64,000 bases of DNA from Candidatus Latescibacterota bacterium (GTDB lineage: Bacteria > Latescibacterota > UBA2968 > UBA8231), in assembly GCA_965203355.1 (NCBI GenBank), contig OZ241889.1:2816001-2880000 (forward strand). The letters run 5' to 3'. A program made the position numbers and the translations under genes. The notes under the pieces were generated by a model. It was not told the DNA's origin and made no database searches. It saw only the letters and a program-made list of their open reading frames with translations. Shown one piece after another: positions 9,521 through 18,757 of this stretch. Numbering within the stretch: position 1 is the stretch's first letter; the number at the start of each line of letters is the position of its first letter.

Positions 9521-10681
9521 ATGCGACGCTATAAGCTGATCGAAGAAGAAGTGGCCGCGATTCCGGCACCCGAATTGGCGGTCGAACAGGCTCTGCATCT
9601 ACACGCCCAATATCCCAAAGAGCTGGAGGTCGGCTTCCCCAGCCCGCTCAATAGTCAGTGTTATCAACTCAGGTCGCGGAGCTATGTCGGCGTGGTGCCA
9701 TTGGGCGCGAATGCCGCCTTGGAAATCAATCCCAAAATACGCTGCTCACTGCTCATGCCCATGCTGGAGTACGCCTACCAGTTGCCCAAGATCAGCGAGC
9801 ACAAGGCCCCGGCCACGATGGGGGATATTTACGAGTTTTGGGCCGAGGTCCTGGCGCGCAAGGTCTTGCAACGGGTGCGGCGTGGGCTGTTTTGGGATTA
9901 CCAAACCCGCGAAGGCCCCGGTCGGTGGGTGCGGGGGCGCATGTACCCCGAGCGCAGCGGGCTGGGTATTCATCCCTACTGTCGTTTTGCCGAGCACACG
10001 CCCGATATCCTCGACAACCGCATCTTGGCCAACGCGCTGTCCGGCCTGCGGTGCTTTGCCTTTCGCCGCGCCAGCGTTCGGCAGATGGTCGGTCGGGCTT
10101 GGTGGACGCTGAGCGAGCTAAATTACCGCCACATTCGCCCCGCTGACTGCCTCGGCGTCGCGTACCATCGGCTCAACGAGGACTACCGCCCCATGCATGC
10201 CCTGTGTTATCCCTTGCTCCAACAGCGCAGTCCAGCTTGGGGGGTAGGGGACGAGGACGGGCCAGCATACCTGTTGCACATGCCGACCTTATTCGAGCGG
10301 TTTTGCACGGCGTTTATTGACCACAAGCTCAATCACCAAGTCGAACTAAAAGCCCAGTATCACACGCGACTAAAGGGAACAGAGCGGCTTTCCTTTCGCT
10401 TAGATATGGCCCTATTTTCGGCGGCAACCGGGCAACCGCTGGCGGTAGTGGATGCAAAATACAAGGCCGATGGTCCCTCGGAACGCGATGTGCAACAAGT
10501 AGTTGCCTATGCAGTACAACTCGGCGTCCGCCGCGCCTTTTTGCTCTATCCCAGTAGCGATATAGACGAGCAGTTCGGGGTTGGTCCGGTCGCCGTGCAA
10601 GCACTCGGGTACGACCTTGCAGCCGAAGATATAGAGCAAGCAGGTCAGCACGTGATTCGCAAGATAGAATGTGTCCTATAA
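9521..10681 (+). CDS. mcrC: McrC-family PD-(D/E)XK restriction endonuclease subunit
   Basis: YVGV, INPK, DNRIL, MPTLFE, RLDM..DAKYK, DVQQVVAYA; coupled to mcrB. Confidence 0.9.
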   Translation: MRRYKLIEEEVAAIPAPELAVEQALHLHAQYPKELEVGFPSPLNSQCYQLRSRSYVGVVPLGANAALEINPKIRCSLLMPMLEYAYQLPKISEHKAPATMGDIYEFWAEVLARKVLQRVRRGLFWDYQTREGPGRWVRGRMYPERSGLGIHPYCRFAEHTPDILDNRILANALSGLRCFAFRRASVRQMVGRAWWTLSELNYRHIRPADCLGVAYHRLNEDYRPMHALCYPLLQQRSPAWGVGDEDGPAYLLHMPTLFERFCTAFIDHKLNHQVELKAQYHTRLKGTERLSFRLDMALFSAATGQPLAVVDAKYKADGPSERDVQQVVAYAVQLGVRRAFLLYPSSDIDEQFGVGPVAVQALGYDLAAEDIEQAGQHVIRKIECVL

Positions 10682-10698
10682 AATTTAATATGTAAATA
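10671..10698 (+). other. dif-like Xer site A
   Basis: GTGTCCTATAA-AATTTA-ATATGTAAATA. Confidence 0.7.
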
Positions 10699-10713
10699 AA
10701 CAGATAAAAAATT

Positions 10714-11967
10714 TTAAGACTCAACGAGAAACAAACTCAAATCAGCCCAGTACGTAATCACGACCAAACAAGCCAACAGAATGAACAAAAAAGGTAAAGA
10801 GACTCGGTAGAGCCGATGGACGGGCTGTTCAAAGCGGATACTGGCAATGAAGAGGTTGAGGCCAACAGGCGGCGTTGAATAGCCAATTTCCAAGTTAGTT
10901 AAAAAAATGATCCCGAGGTGAATGGGATGCACATCGTATGCTTCGGCGATGGGCAGAATTAAGGGCACGACGATGAGGAGGGCCGAGAACATGTCGATCA
11001 TACAGCCAACCACTAGTAGAAACACATTGAGAAGAATCAAGAACAGCAAGCGACTGCTGATGTGAGTCTCTATATAGGCAAGCAAGCGCGTTGGAATTTC
11101 CGCATCAATCAGATAATTGGTATAGGCCATAGCCGCAGCCAAGACGACGAAAATGCCGCCGAAGAGGACCATGCTGTCGCAGATGATCTTCGGCAGTTGC
11201 CCAATGGAGATCTCGCGGCGAATGAGCACCACTACCACCAATGCGTATAGGGCACTCAAGGCTGCGGCTTCGCTAACGGCGATGATCCCCCCGAAGATCC
11301 CCCCGAAGATCACTACCGGCAACAGCAACTCCCAACTACACGCAACAAAGGCCTGCGGCAATTGACGCCATCCAGTGGGGGGGGCGGGCGCAGCACTGCG
11401 CCGCCCTTGAAACAGACTGTAGCAAGACAGAGCACCCACCAGAAGCAAGCCGGGGGCAATGCCGGCCATGAAAAGCTGGTCTATCGGCGTCTCGGATACA
11501 ATCCCGTAGATGATCAGCGGCAAACTCGGTGGAAAGAGTAACCCCAAGCTGCCCGAAGTGGTAATCAGCCCGAGGGAAAACGAATCGGGCAGGTGCTGTT
11601 GGCGCAGAGCGGGCAACAACAGCCCACCGAGCGCGACAATTGTCATCCCCGAAGCCCCGGTCAAAGCCGTGAAGAGGGCACAGACGACAATGGCCATAAT
11701 GGCCAGCCCGCCTGGTAACCAGCCGAGCAAAGCTTGAGAGAAACGCACCAGCCGGGACGGTGCGCCGCTTTCAGCGAGGAGAAAACCCGTGATGGCAAAG
11801 AGCGGAATAGCCGTTAAGGTCGGGGTTTCGGCTATCCGGTACATCTCGATAAAGACGACGGTTAAATCGATCTCAGCGAGGGAGAAATGCAAAATGGCCA
11901 TCGCGCTGATGACCACAAAAAGCGGGACGCCGGCTAGGGCGGCTAGGGCGGCTAGGAGGCTGCTCAC
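10714..11967 (-). CDS. dctM: TRAP transporter large permease
   Basis: AIPLF, GSLGLLFPPS, GYSTPPVGLNLF; GTG start at 11967 overlaps dctQ stop. Confidence 0.9.
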   Translation of the reverse strand: MSSLLAALAALAGVPLFVVISAMAILHFSLAEIDLTVVFIEMYRIAETPTLTAIPLFAITGFLLAESGAPSRLVRFSQALLGWLPGGLAIMAIVVCALFTALTGASGMTIVALGGLLLPALRQQHLPDSFSLGLITTSGSLGLLFPPSLPLIIYGIVSETPIDQLFMAGIAPGLLLVGALSCYSLFQGRRSAAPAPPTGWRQLPQAFVACSWELLLPVVIFGGIFGGIIAVSEAAALSALYALVVVVLIRREISIGQLPKIICDSMVLFGGIFVVLAAAMAYTNYLIDAEIPTRLLAYIETHISSRLLFLILLNVFLLVVGCMIDMFSALLIVVPLILPIAEAYDVHPIHLGIIFLTNLEIGYSTPPVGLNLFIASIRFEQPVHRLYRVSLPFLFILLACLVVITYWADLSLFLVES

Positions 11968-12440
11968 GGGGGTTCTGCCGGAATGCGAAGGCGGCGTACG
12001 CCCTGCAAGAGGAAGCGCAGGGCCATCAGCCCAAAGGCGAGGGGAAAGCACAGTTGGGCAATCCAAGCGGGGGTGGCAAAGAAAGCCGTTGTGCCGAATG
12101 CGCGTTCGTCGAGCACAAAGCGGATAGCGATATAGGATAGATAGGAGCAAAGCACGGCGGCAAAAAAATCCGCGCAACTCAGGGTAATAGCTCGCACCCG
12201 GGCGGGTAGCAGACGCAACGCAGCGTCAATGCGGATGTGTTTATCGAGCCGGGTGGCCACCAAAGCACCCACTAATCCAATCCACAATACAAGGTGCCGC
12301 ACGAGACTTTCGGTGCCTAAGAAGGTGATGGAGAACAGATTGCGGATGATGATCTGCCCGCAGGTTAGCACCAGTAAGCAGGCGACCAAAAGGACGAGGA
12401 AGCCGGCTTCAAGGCGATGGAGGAAGGGCGGGTCGCTCAA
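11964..12440 (-). CDS. dctQ: TRAP transporter small permease
   Basis: 4 TM, ESLVRHLVLW, HIRID. Confidence 0.9.
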   Translation of the reverse strand: MSDPPFLHRLEAGFLVLLVACLLVLTCGQIIIRNLFSITFLGTESLVRHLVLWIGLVGALVATRLDKHIRIDAALRLLPARVRAITLSCADFFAAVLCSYLSYIAIRFVLDERAFGTTAFFATPAWIAQLCFPLAFGLMALRFLLQGVRRLRIPAEPP

Positions 12441-13441
12441 GGAGAAGCCCGGCGAAAGTCTTGGAGATGCCGCGCTATTTGTTCGTGGGCTTCGCGGGAA
12501 AAGGCCCGACCTACGAGTTTGGCTTCGGCTCTATCGACGAGTGTCTTGAAGTTCTCTACGGCTTTAGGGGCAACCTCGACCAAGGATAGGCCATTGGCCT
12601 GTAACACGGCCATAGCTTCGTCGTTTTCTTGGCGGTTGCGCTGCCCTAGAGCGATCATGTGCTGCTGCGTTATGCGGCGGATGTGCTCGCGGTCTTCAGC
12701 GGGAATTTTGTCGAAAGAGCCCTTGTCGATCAAGAGCGCACCTAGGGTGTAGTTAATCGGCAGTTGGGTGACGAATTTTGCACGGGTAAACCATTGGAGG
12801 ACAATGGTCGCCGACGGCGAGGCGTACACCACATCGATCAGATTGGTCTGCAACCCGAGGAGGACGTCCGGGATGTTGAGGGGAACCGAAGTGACGTCGG
12901 CTAAGCGGAATAGCACAGAGGTCAGCGGTTCATCAGGTAACTGCCATACCTTTTGTGTGCGCATGTCCGCGACAGTAGCTACGGGTTGCTGCGAGAGAAT
13001 GTGGACAAAGCCGATGTCGGCCCAACCGAGAAAGACATAGCCCCGTTCCTCGTATCCCTGTCGGTAAAATGCATCCATTTTCTCAAGCACGTAATCCACT
13101 TCGGCATAGTTGTCGAAGAGAAAGGGCATTTGCAACGCGAGCACATCAGGCAAGGTTTGGCTGACGCCTTGGCCACCAAAATTTCCGCCGTGGAGCTGGC
13201 CGATGCGCATCTTGCGCAAGACCACCTTCTCGTCGCCTTGGACGCCCCCGGGATAGATTTTGAACCCCACGTTGCCCCGGGTCTCGCGCCGCACCTCCGC
13301 ATCAATGGTGCGGAGGACATTGGCCCAGCTGCTGCCCTCCGGGGCGAGGGTGGCAATTTTGAGGAGGTGATTGGGTTGGGCCGCGACAGAGCTGGCTATG
13401 AGTGCGGCGACGACCGCCAAAAGTCCCTTAAAAGAAATCAT
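12437..13441 (-). CDS. dctP: TRAP substrate-binding protein (TatP type)
   Basis: Signal peptide, KIATLAPEGSSW, YPGGVQGDE, RKMRIGQL. Confidence 0.9.
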   Translation of the reverse strand: MISFKGLLAVVAALIASSVAAQPNHLLKIATLAPEGSSWANVLRTIDAEVRRETRGNVGFKIYPGGVQGDEKVVLRKMRIGQLHGGNFGGQGVSQTLPDVLALQMPFLFDNYAEVDYVLEKMDAFYRQGYEERGYVFLGWADIGFVHILSQQPVATVADMRTQKVWQLPDEPLTSVLFRLADVTSVPLNIPDVLLGLQTNLIDVVYASPSATIVLQWFTRAKFVTQLPINYTLGALLIDKGSFDKIPAEDREHIRRITQQHMIALGQRNRQENDEAMAVLQANGLSLVEVAPKAVENFKTLVDRAEAKLVGRAFSREAHEQIARHLQDFRRASP

Positions 13442-14297
13442 CAGCTTGGTCTAAGAGGATCTGCGCCTGTTTTTGGGCGGCGATGTTTTGCAAGGTAAGC
13501 TCCGGTACGACGTCTGCCGGGCTGTTTAGGGCTTGGTTGAGCAGGGATTCGTATAGCGTCCGGTCAAAAGTGCTCCGGGCATAGAATTTGGCCTTGGCTA
13601 CGTACACCATGAGCACCTGTCCTTTGCTGATGGCCACGGCGCGGTCGAAGTGTGCGGCGGCTTTTGCTGGGTTGCCGCCCAACATCGGCGGCAGGGCCGC
13701 GTAATAGGATCCCAAGAAGACATGGGAAGTCCCATATTGAAAGGTCTCGTCTTGATCCACGATCCACTGCATGAGTTTAATGACCTTGGGCAACTCGGCT
13801 AGTGCCGCCATGGATTCAATGTTGGCACTAATCCAAGCGCCCCAACTCGAGGCGGCCCAAAACACGACGGGCAGGTCTGAAGCATCTAAGTCGTCAGCAA
13901 CGTGGATAAATTCAACATACGGGGCTTGGAGTAACTCAGGTTGACTCAGGCGTAGAGCAAGGGCTTTGAGGCCGTTGACTTTGCCGCGGTGATATAGGTG
14001 CTTGGCTCGTTCGGGATCGTCGACTTCGACCAAAGTGGCATAAGAAGTATAGATTTCAGCAGCACTTAAGAGCAATTGCGGGTCTTGGGGATTGGCCACC
14101 AGCAGCCCTTCTAATAAGAGCAAGAAGGTCGGCACGCCCGAGGCGACCAAATCCAAGTCGTCGTGGCGAGCGGTGGCCGCGCTGACGTCCTCGATCAGCG
14201 ACCCCACCAGCGCGGCTTGCAACCTCGCGGCGCATCCCATTGGGCCAAAGGCGAGAATCGCGAGCAAGACAGTTGTCAAAATGTGTTTAGCTACCAT
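13428..14297 (-). CDS. TatT (TPAT) TPR lipoprotein component
   Basis: Lipobox-like MGC, D.DLV...P..L...EGLL, PPMLGGNP, FDRA; adjacent to dctP. Confidence 0.85.
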   Translation of the reverse strand: MVAKHILTTVLLAILAFGPMGCAARLQAALVGSLIEDVSAATARHDDLDLVASGVPTFLLLLEGLLVANPQDPQLLLSAAEIYTSYATLVEVDDPERAKHLYHRGKVNGLKALALRLSQPELLQAPYVEFIHVADDLDASDLPVVFWAASSWGAWISANIESMAALAELPKVIKLMQWIVDQDETFQYGTSHVFLGSYYAALPPMLGGNPAKAAAHFDRAVAISKGQVLMVYVAKAKFYARSTFDRTLYESLLNQALNSPADVVPELTLQNIAAQKQAQILLDQADDFF

Positions 14298-15367
14298 GCG
14301 GACCCAAGAGATTGACTACCCACTTCCTCCTCCTCTGTCTTGACGCGCAAACACTGCCACGGGTTGCCGACTTTAGCGCAGGCCGCAAAAATTTCCAAGG
14401 CCCTGGCCAAGTCCTCGCCGTAGGAGCGATAAAGCGCGGAAAAAAGCGTTAGATTGGCGTTGTAGCGACGATAAGACAAAAGCCGCGCATTGTTTAGCTC
14501 CCACTGGAGGAACCCATCGTACTGGTTGTGGCTAAACTCTGCTTTAATGAGGGCGAAATCGCGCTGGCACTGGGCAAAAACAACCTGTCGGTCGCGCAGT
14601 ACAACGCTGCGAGGCAAATTCAGTGAGTAGAGGCTGTCAAGTGCTGCAACCGTCTCGGCCATGAAGCGCCGGAAGCGATCTGCGTCCGCTCGGCGTACTT
14701 CGGCCTGTTGCAAAAGCGGGGTATCGGGGCCGAAGTGTTGCGCTAAGAAGAGCAGCGACCCTTGGCGGCCAATGAAGGTCGCCAAGTTTTCGTTATAATC
14801 GGTCTTACCCGGGGCATAGACGAGGGCATGCGTCAGTTCGTGGAGGATCAAATCGGCTAGCTGATCGGGCGCGTAGTCGAGCATTGAACTGAGAATTGGA
14901 TCGGAAAAAATCCCCAAAGTACTGTAGGCACTGACCGGGCGAACAATGGCATCGTATCCCTCGGCGACGAGGGCATCGCGCTGCGCATCGGCCAAATCGC
15001 GGCGGAAGAAACCTTTGTAGGGTACTTCGCCGACGAGTGGAAAATCCCAAGTATAGGGCGATAAGCGATCGGGTGGACAGGCGCTGACATTCCAACTGAT
15101 CGGGCCACCGCCCGTATCGTAGAAAGTCGTGTAATGATCGTCTGTTTGCAGCCCCACGCTTTTGGCGTAGCGGAGAATGGCTTGAATCAGCACTAGCTGT
15201 GTCCGAGTTTGCGCGGCCAAGTTGGGGCGGGCGAGGAGGGTTTGGACTGATATGCGCTTGTACAGTACGCGGCTTTGGCCGCGGGCTAGATGCCAATAGT
15301 AATTGAGGTTGCAGCCACAAATGCCCAATAGGCCAAGCCCGATGAGAACTCGAAATAAAAGAGACAT
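14291..15367 (-). CDS. Putative Zn aminopeptidase lipoprotein (DUF2265 family)
   Basis: Lipobox CGC, W.FPLVGEVPYKGFF, AYSTLG, HELTH zinc motif, NNARL. Confidence 0.85.
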   Translation of the reverse strand: MSLLFRVLIGLGLLGICGCNLNYYWHLARGQSRVLYKRISVQTLLARPNLAAQTRTQLVLIQAILRYAKSVGLQTDDHYTTFYDTGGGPISWNVSACPPDRLSPYTWDFPLVGEVPYKGFFRRDLADAQRDALVAEGYDAIVRPVSAYSTLGIFSDPILSSMLDYAPDQLADLILHELTHALVYAPGKTDYNENLATFIGRQGSLLFLAQHFGPDTPLLQQAEVRRADADRFRRFMAETVAALDSLYSLNLPRSVVLRDRQVVFAQCQRDFALIKAEFSHNQYDGFLQWELNNARLLSYRRYNANLTLFSALYRSYGEDLARALEIFAACAKVGNPWQCLRVKTEEEEVGSQSLGSAW

Positions 15368-15406
15368 CCGCGGCCAACAGCCACTTAGGAGCGTGCGCGA
15401 GCCAAT

Positions 15407-15892
15407 CTAGGATTTGCTGACGATCTTTTCTCCATCGAAGATCACATTGCCTTCTTTGTCGAGGACGCGACCATCGCTGGTAAACTCATACTTCATGGAT
15501 TGACCTAAGGTCAGATGGCGTTGTACTTCTTCTAAGTTTTGGTATTTCTCGATTAGCTTTTCAATCGGCCCCTCAAACGAAGTCTGCTGCCACTTAGGTC
15601 GGTTCTTGTTGTGGTCGGCCCGCTCTTCTGCCGTCATAATGGGCAGCCGCTCGGCAGCCGGGGTAAACCGGCCGGCCATGGCCTGTTGGCGGCGATACTT
15701 CTCGTGGCGCTTTTCCGACTCGGTCAGCATTTCCTCGGGAATAGTTTCGAAACTGGTATCTTGCTCCGCTCCTTGTTCCTGGCGTTTTTGCTGCTCTTCT
15801 TGGACCTCGCGCGAAAGGCGCTCTTGGCGCTCTTGGTCCAAACTAGTGTCGGTACCTAGTCTCCGCAGTACATGTCGTGCGGCCTTGTTCAT
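15407..15892 (-). CDS. Hypothetical charged protein
   Basis: 161-aa ORF with upstream AGGGGG RBS; Q/E/K/R-rich, no recognised motif. Confidence 0.6.
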   Translation of the reverse strand: MNKAARHVLRRLGTDTSLDQERQERLSREVQEEQQKRQEQGAEQDTSFETIPEEMLTESEKRHEKYRRQQAMAGRFTPAAERLPIMTAEERADHNKNRPKWQQTSFEGPIEKLIEKYQNLEEVQRHLTLGQSMKYEFTSDGRVLDKEGNVIFDGEKIVSKS

Positions 15893-16093
15893 AGAAATGG
15901 GCTACCCCCTGAGAATGTACGTACAGTGTGTGCAGAATTAGCTAGCACTAAAAAATATAAGGGGGTGGGTGATTTGGCAAATTCAAATCACCTTGGTTAT
16001 TATAGATAGGCAGCAAGGGATGCTCTCGCATGCCGGGGAGCTCAACACCAAGACTATAAAGTCGAGATTTAACTTCTTGGATGGAGATATAGC

Positions 16094-17113
16094 ATGAGCG
16101 TTTTTTCGCGTTTTTTTTCGCATGAAATAGGCATAGACTTGGGCACCGCCAATACCTTGGTGTATGTCAAAGGCAAGGGAATCGTCCTCAACGAACCCTC
16201 GGTTGTCGCCCGCCAAGTCTCTACTCAAAAAGTCATTGCCGTTGGTGCGGAGGCCAAGGAAATGATAGGGCGTGAGAACGCTGGGATTCAAGTAATTCGC
16301 CCTTTGAAAGACGGCGTTATCGCTGACTTTGAAGTTACCGAAGAGATGATTCGCAGTTTTATCCGCAAAGTGAAAAAGAACAAACTTTTCGTGCGGCCCA
16401 AGATCGTAGTAGCGGTCCCGGCAGGCAGCACTGAAGTAGAGACGCGGGCCGTACGAAACTCCTGCGAGCGCGTGGGAGCCAGAGAAGTCCATCTGGTTAG
16501 CGAGCCGATGGCCGCGGCTATCGGCATGGGATTGCCCGTTCATCAGGCCGTCGGCTCAATGGTTGTCGATATTGGTGGCGGGACGACGGAGGTCGCCGTA
16601 ATTGCCCTTTCCGGTCTAGTCGAACACGAGTCGCTGCGGGTGGCTGGGGAAGCTATGGATTTGTCAATTTCCGAGTGGATGCGCAGAAAGCACAACCTGC
16701 TTATTGGCGTCCAAGGTGCCGAGAGCATCAAGTGGAAAATCGGGTCGGCGAGGGAATTGGAAACAGAAGAGAGGATGCCGGTGCGCGGTCGCGACACCGT
16801 AGCCGGGCTACCCAAAGTTATGCAGGTAGATTCTGTTGAGATACGAAAAGCCCTATCCGGTTCCGTGGATCAAATCGTCGCCAGCGTACGCCGAGTGCTG
16901 GAGAGGATGCCGCCCGAATTGGCGGGCGATATCCTCGATAGGGGCATGGTGCTTTGCGGTGGTGGGAGTATGCTACGGGGGTTGAGAGAACACCTACTTG
17001 AGGCGACGAATTTGCCTACGTATATCGATAGTGAAGATCCCCTCTCGGCCGTAGTGCGGGGCAATGCCCGCATTCTCGAAGAGTTTGATAACTATCGCCA
17101 AGTTTTGCTCTAA
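16094..17113 (+). CDS. mreB: Rod shape-determining protein MreB
   Basis: GIDLGTANT, NEPSVVA, RPLKDGVIADF, DIGGGTTEVA. Confidence 0.95.
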   Translation: MSVFSRFFSHEIGIDLGTANTLVYVKGKGIVLNEPSVVARQVSTQKVIAVGAEAKEMIGRENAGIQVIRPLKDGVIADFEVTEEMIRSFIRKVKKNKLFVRPKIVVAVPAGSTEVETRAVRNSCERVGAREVHLVSEPMAAAIGMGLPVHQAVGSMVVDIGGGTTEVAVIALSGLVEHESLRVAGEAMDLSISEWMRRKHNLLIGVQGAESIKWKIGSARELETEERMPVRGRDTVAGLPKVMQVDSVEIRKALSGSVDQIVASVRRVLERMPPELAGDILDRGMVLCGGGSMLRGLREHLLEATNLPTYIDSEDPLSAVVRGNARILEEFDNYRQVLL

Positions 17114-17120
17114 CTGAGTT

Positions 17121-17882
17121 ATGACCAATACTCGGGAGCTCATCGTCATTGGACTCGCTTTTGCCTGCGCCTTGATCTTGATGGGCTTACCTACATCCTA
17201 TAAGACCGCTATTGCCGAGCACTGCCAAGCCGGTTTGGCGGCATCGGGACAAGCACTGTTTTCGCGAGTCATCCGCTCTACGCGCCACGAGGAAAAGAGC
17301 CATTTTCTTCTGACTCAAAACGTAGCTCTAGCCCTTGACAACATGCAGCTCCAAGAAGCGGGATGGGAAAATATGCGCCTGCGCAAGGCGCTATCTTTTA
17401 GGCCGCTAGACGGGGGTACGCGTGTTATTTCTGCCGAGGTGATCGGCCGCGACCCCGACCACATCTACGACGTGATAGTCATCAACGTGGGGCGCGACCA
17501 CGGCGTGGATAAAGATATGCCCGTGATGACACCTGAAGGGCTCGTCGGGTACATTGCCCAAGTCGGCGGATCGGACTCAGTCGTGCAGCTGTTGATGCGC
17601 ACTAGAGTGAGTGCTTTGATCCAAGCGACGCGTGCCCAAGGCATCGTCTCGTGGAGCGACGGCCAGTTCCGGTTGCGATTCGTCGAATCGAGCAACTTGG
17701 TGCGGGAGGGCGATTTAGTCGTATCATCAGGGTTGGGCGGGCGATACCCCAAGGGCATACCGATCGGCACGGTGGTGGAGGTGAATCAGGAGAAACGAGC
17801 TCCAGTTTTTTTGCGGGTTATACTCAAGTCGATTGTGGATTTCTCTGCCCTCGAAGAGGTTTTCGTGCTCGGCAGAGACTAA
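17121..17882 (+). CDS. mreC: Rod shape-determining protein MreC
   Basis: EN.RLR, AEVIGRD, SSGLGGRYPKGIPIG, LEEV. Confidence 0.9.
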   Translation: MTNTRELIVIGLAFACALILMGLPTSYKTAIAEHCQAGLAASGQALFSRVIRSTRHEEKSHFLLTQNVALALDNMQLQEAGWENMRLRKALSFRPLDGGTRVISAEVIGRDPDHIYDVIVINVGRDHGVDKDMPVMTPEGLVGYIAQVGGSDSVVQLLMRTRVSALIQATRAQGIVSWSDGQFRLRFVESSNLVREGDLVVSSGLGGRYPKGIPIGTVVEVNQEKRAPVFLRVILKSIVDFSALEEVFVLGRD

Positions 17883-17898
17883 GAGAATGCCACTCACC

Positions 17899-17927
17899 TT
17901 GACAGAGCATAAGCCGTGCCATATTCT
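17899..17927 (+). promoter_or_regulatory. Putative sigma70 promoter for HU-bS22-tRNA operon
   Basis: TTGACA-17 bp-TATTCT. Confidence 0.6.
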
Positions 17928-17983
17928 CTAAAGCTATCTATTGGCGTGATAGTTACGCAATTTCAACCCATCCGAATGAGAGT

Positions 17984-18331
17984 GTGGTCTTGACGAAAGC
18001 TGACATCGTGCGTCTAATCGCCGAGAGAACAGGGCTTACCAAGACAGATACTGAGGCTGTGGTCAATGGCTTTATTGAATCCGTAGTCGAGGCTTTGGAA
18101 CGGGAGGATCCTATTGAAATTCGCGGTTTTGGCACCTTCAAAGTCGTCGTGCGCGCACCGCGTACCGGTCGCAATCCACGCACGGGTGCCGAAGTAAAAA
18201 TCGCCAGTCGCAAGGCCCCGATATTTAAGCCCTCAAAGGAATTGCGGGCGAGCGTCAATGGGGAAAACGCAGAGGACAAAGGTCCAGGAGATAAAAAAGA
18301 TGCCCTGTGGCAGGAAGAGAAAGCGGCATAA
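17984..18331 (+). CDS. HU/IHF family DNA-binding protein
   Basis: TKADIV, IEIRGFGTF, GRNPRTG, FKPSKEL. Confidence 0.95.
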   Translation: MVLTKADIVRLIAERTGLTKTDTEAVVNGFIESVVEALEREDPIEIRGFGTFKVVVRAPRTGRNPRTGAEVKIASRKAPIFKPSKELRASVNGENAEDKGPGDKKDALWQEEKAA

Positions 18332-18392
18332 GATCGCTACGCACAAGCGCAAGAAGAGACTGCGCAAGAATCGACATAAGAAGAAGGTCTAG
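18300..18392 (+). CDS. 30S ribosomal protein bS22-like (AURKAIP1/COX24 domain), 30 aa
   Basis: MPCGRKRKRHKIATHKRKKRLRKNRHKKKV, RBS AGGAG at 18286-18290; not in the ORF track. Confidence 0.85.
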   Translation: MPCGRKRKRHKIATHKRKKRLRKNRHKKKV

Positions 18393-18397
18393 GCTAG

Positions 18398-18474
18398 GGG
18401 CTAATAGCTCAGCTGGATAGAGCGCCGGTCTCCGGAACCGGAGGTCCCAGGTTCGAATCCTGGTTAGCTCACCA
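18398..18474 (+). tRNA. tRNA-Arg(CCG)
   Basis: Cloverleaf GGGCTAA..TTAGCTC-ACCA; anticodon arm CCGGT-CTCCGGA-ACCGG; GTTCGAATC. Confidence 0.95.
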
Positions 18475-18507
18475 TTTTGTCACCAGACTATGGTCGGATA
18501 ATTGTGT

Positions 18508-18585
18508 CGGGGTGTGGCGCAGCCCGGCTAGCGCGCTTCCTTGGGGTGGAAGAGGTCGCTGGTTCAAATCCAGTCACCCCGACCA
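18508..18585 (+). tRNA. tRNA-Pro(GGG)
   Basis: CGGGGTG..CACCCCG-ACCA; anticodon loop TTGGGGT. Confidence 0.95.
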
Positions 18586-18619
18586 TTTTTTGTAGGTAGA
18601 TAGAGATGCTTGCCCACGT

Positions 18620-18697
18620 CGGGGTGTAGCGCAGCCCGGCTAGCGCACCTGCTTCGGGAGCAGGGGGTCGCCGGTTCAAATCCGGCCACCCCGACCA
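18620..18697 (+). tRNA. tRNA-Pro(CGG)
   Basis: CGGGGTG..CACCCCG-ACCA; anticodon loop TTCGGGA. Confidence 0.95.
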
Positions 18698-18700
18698 CTA

Positions 18701-18741
18701 TTAAGTCCCTGTGAGCTTTTGACTTACAGGGGCTTAATTTT
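18701..18741 (+). terminator. Intrinsic terminator after tRNA cluster
   Basis: TTAAGTCCCTGTGAG..CTTACAGGGGCTTAA followed by TTTT. Confidence 0.75.
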
Positions 18742-18757
18742 ATTTGCGATATGAAGT

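Noticed and set aside
18398-18697. tRNA cluster (and tRNA-Gly at 52717) as integration sites
   Set aside because: No duplicated tRNA 3' ends or adjacent integrase seen
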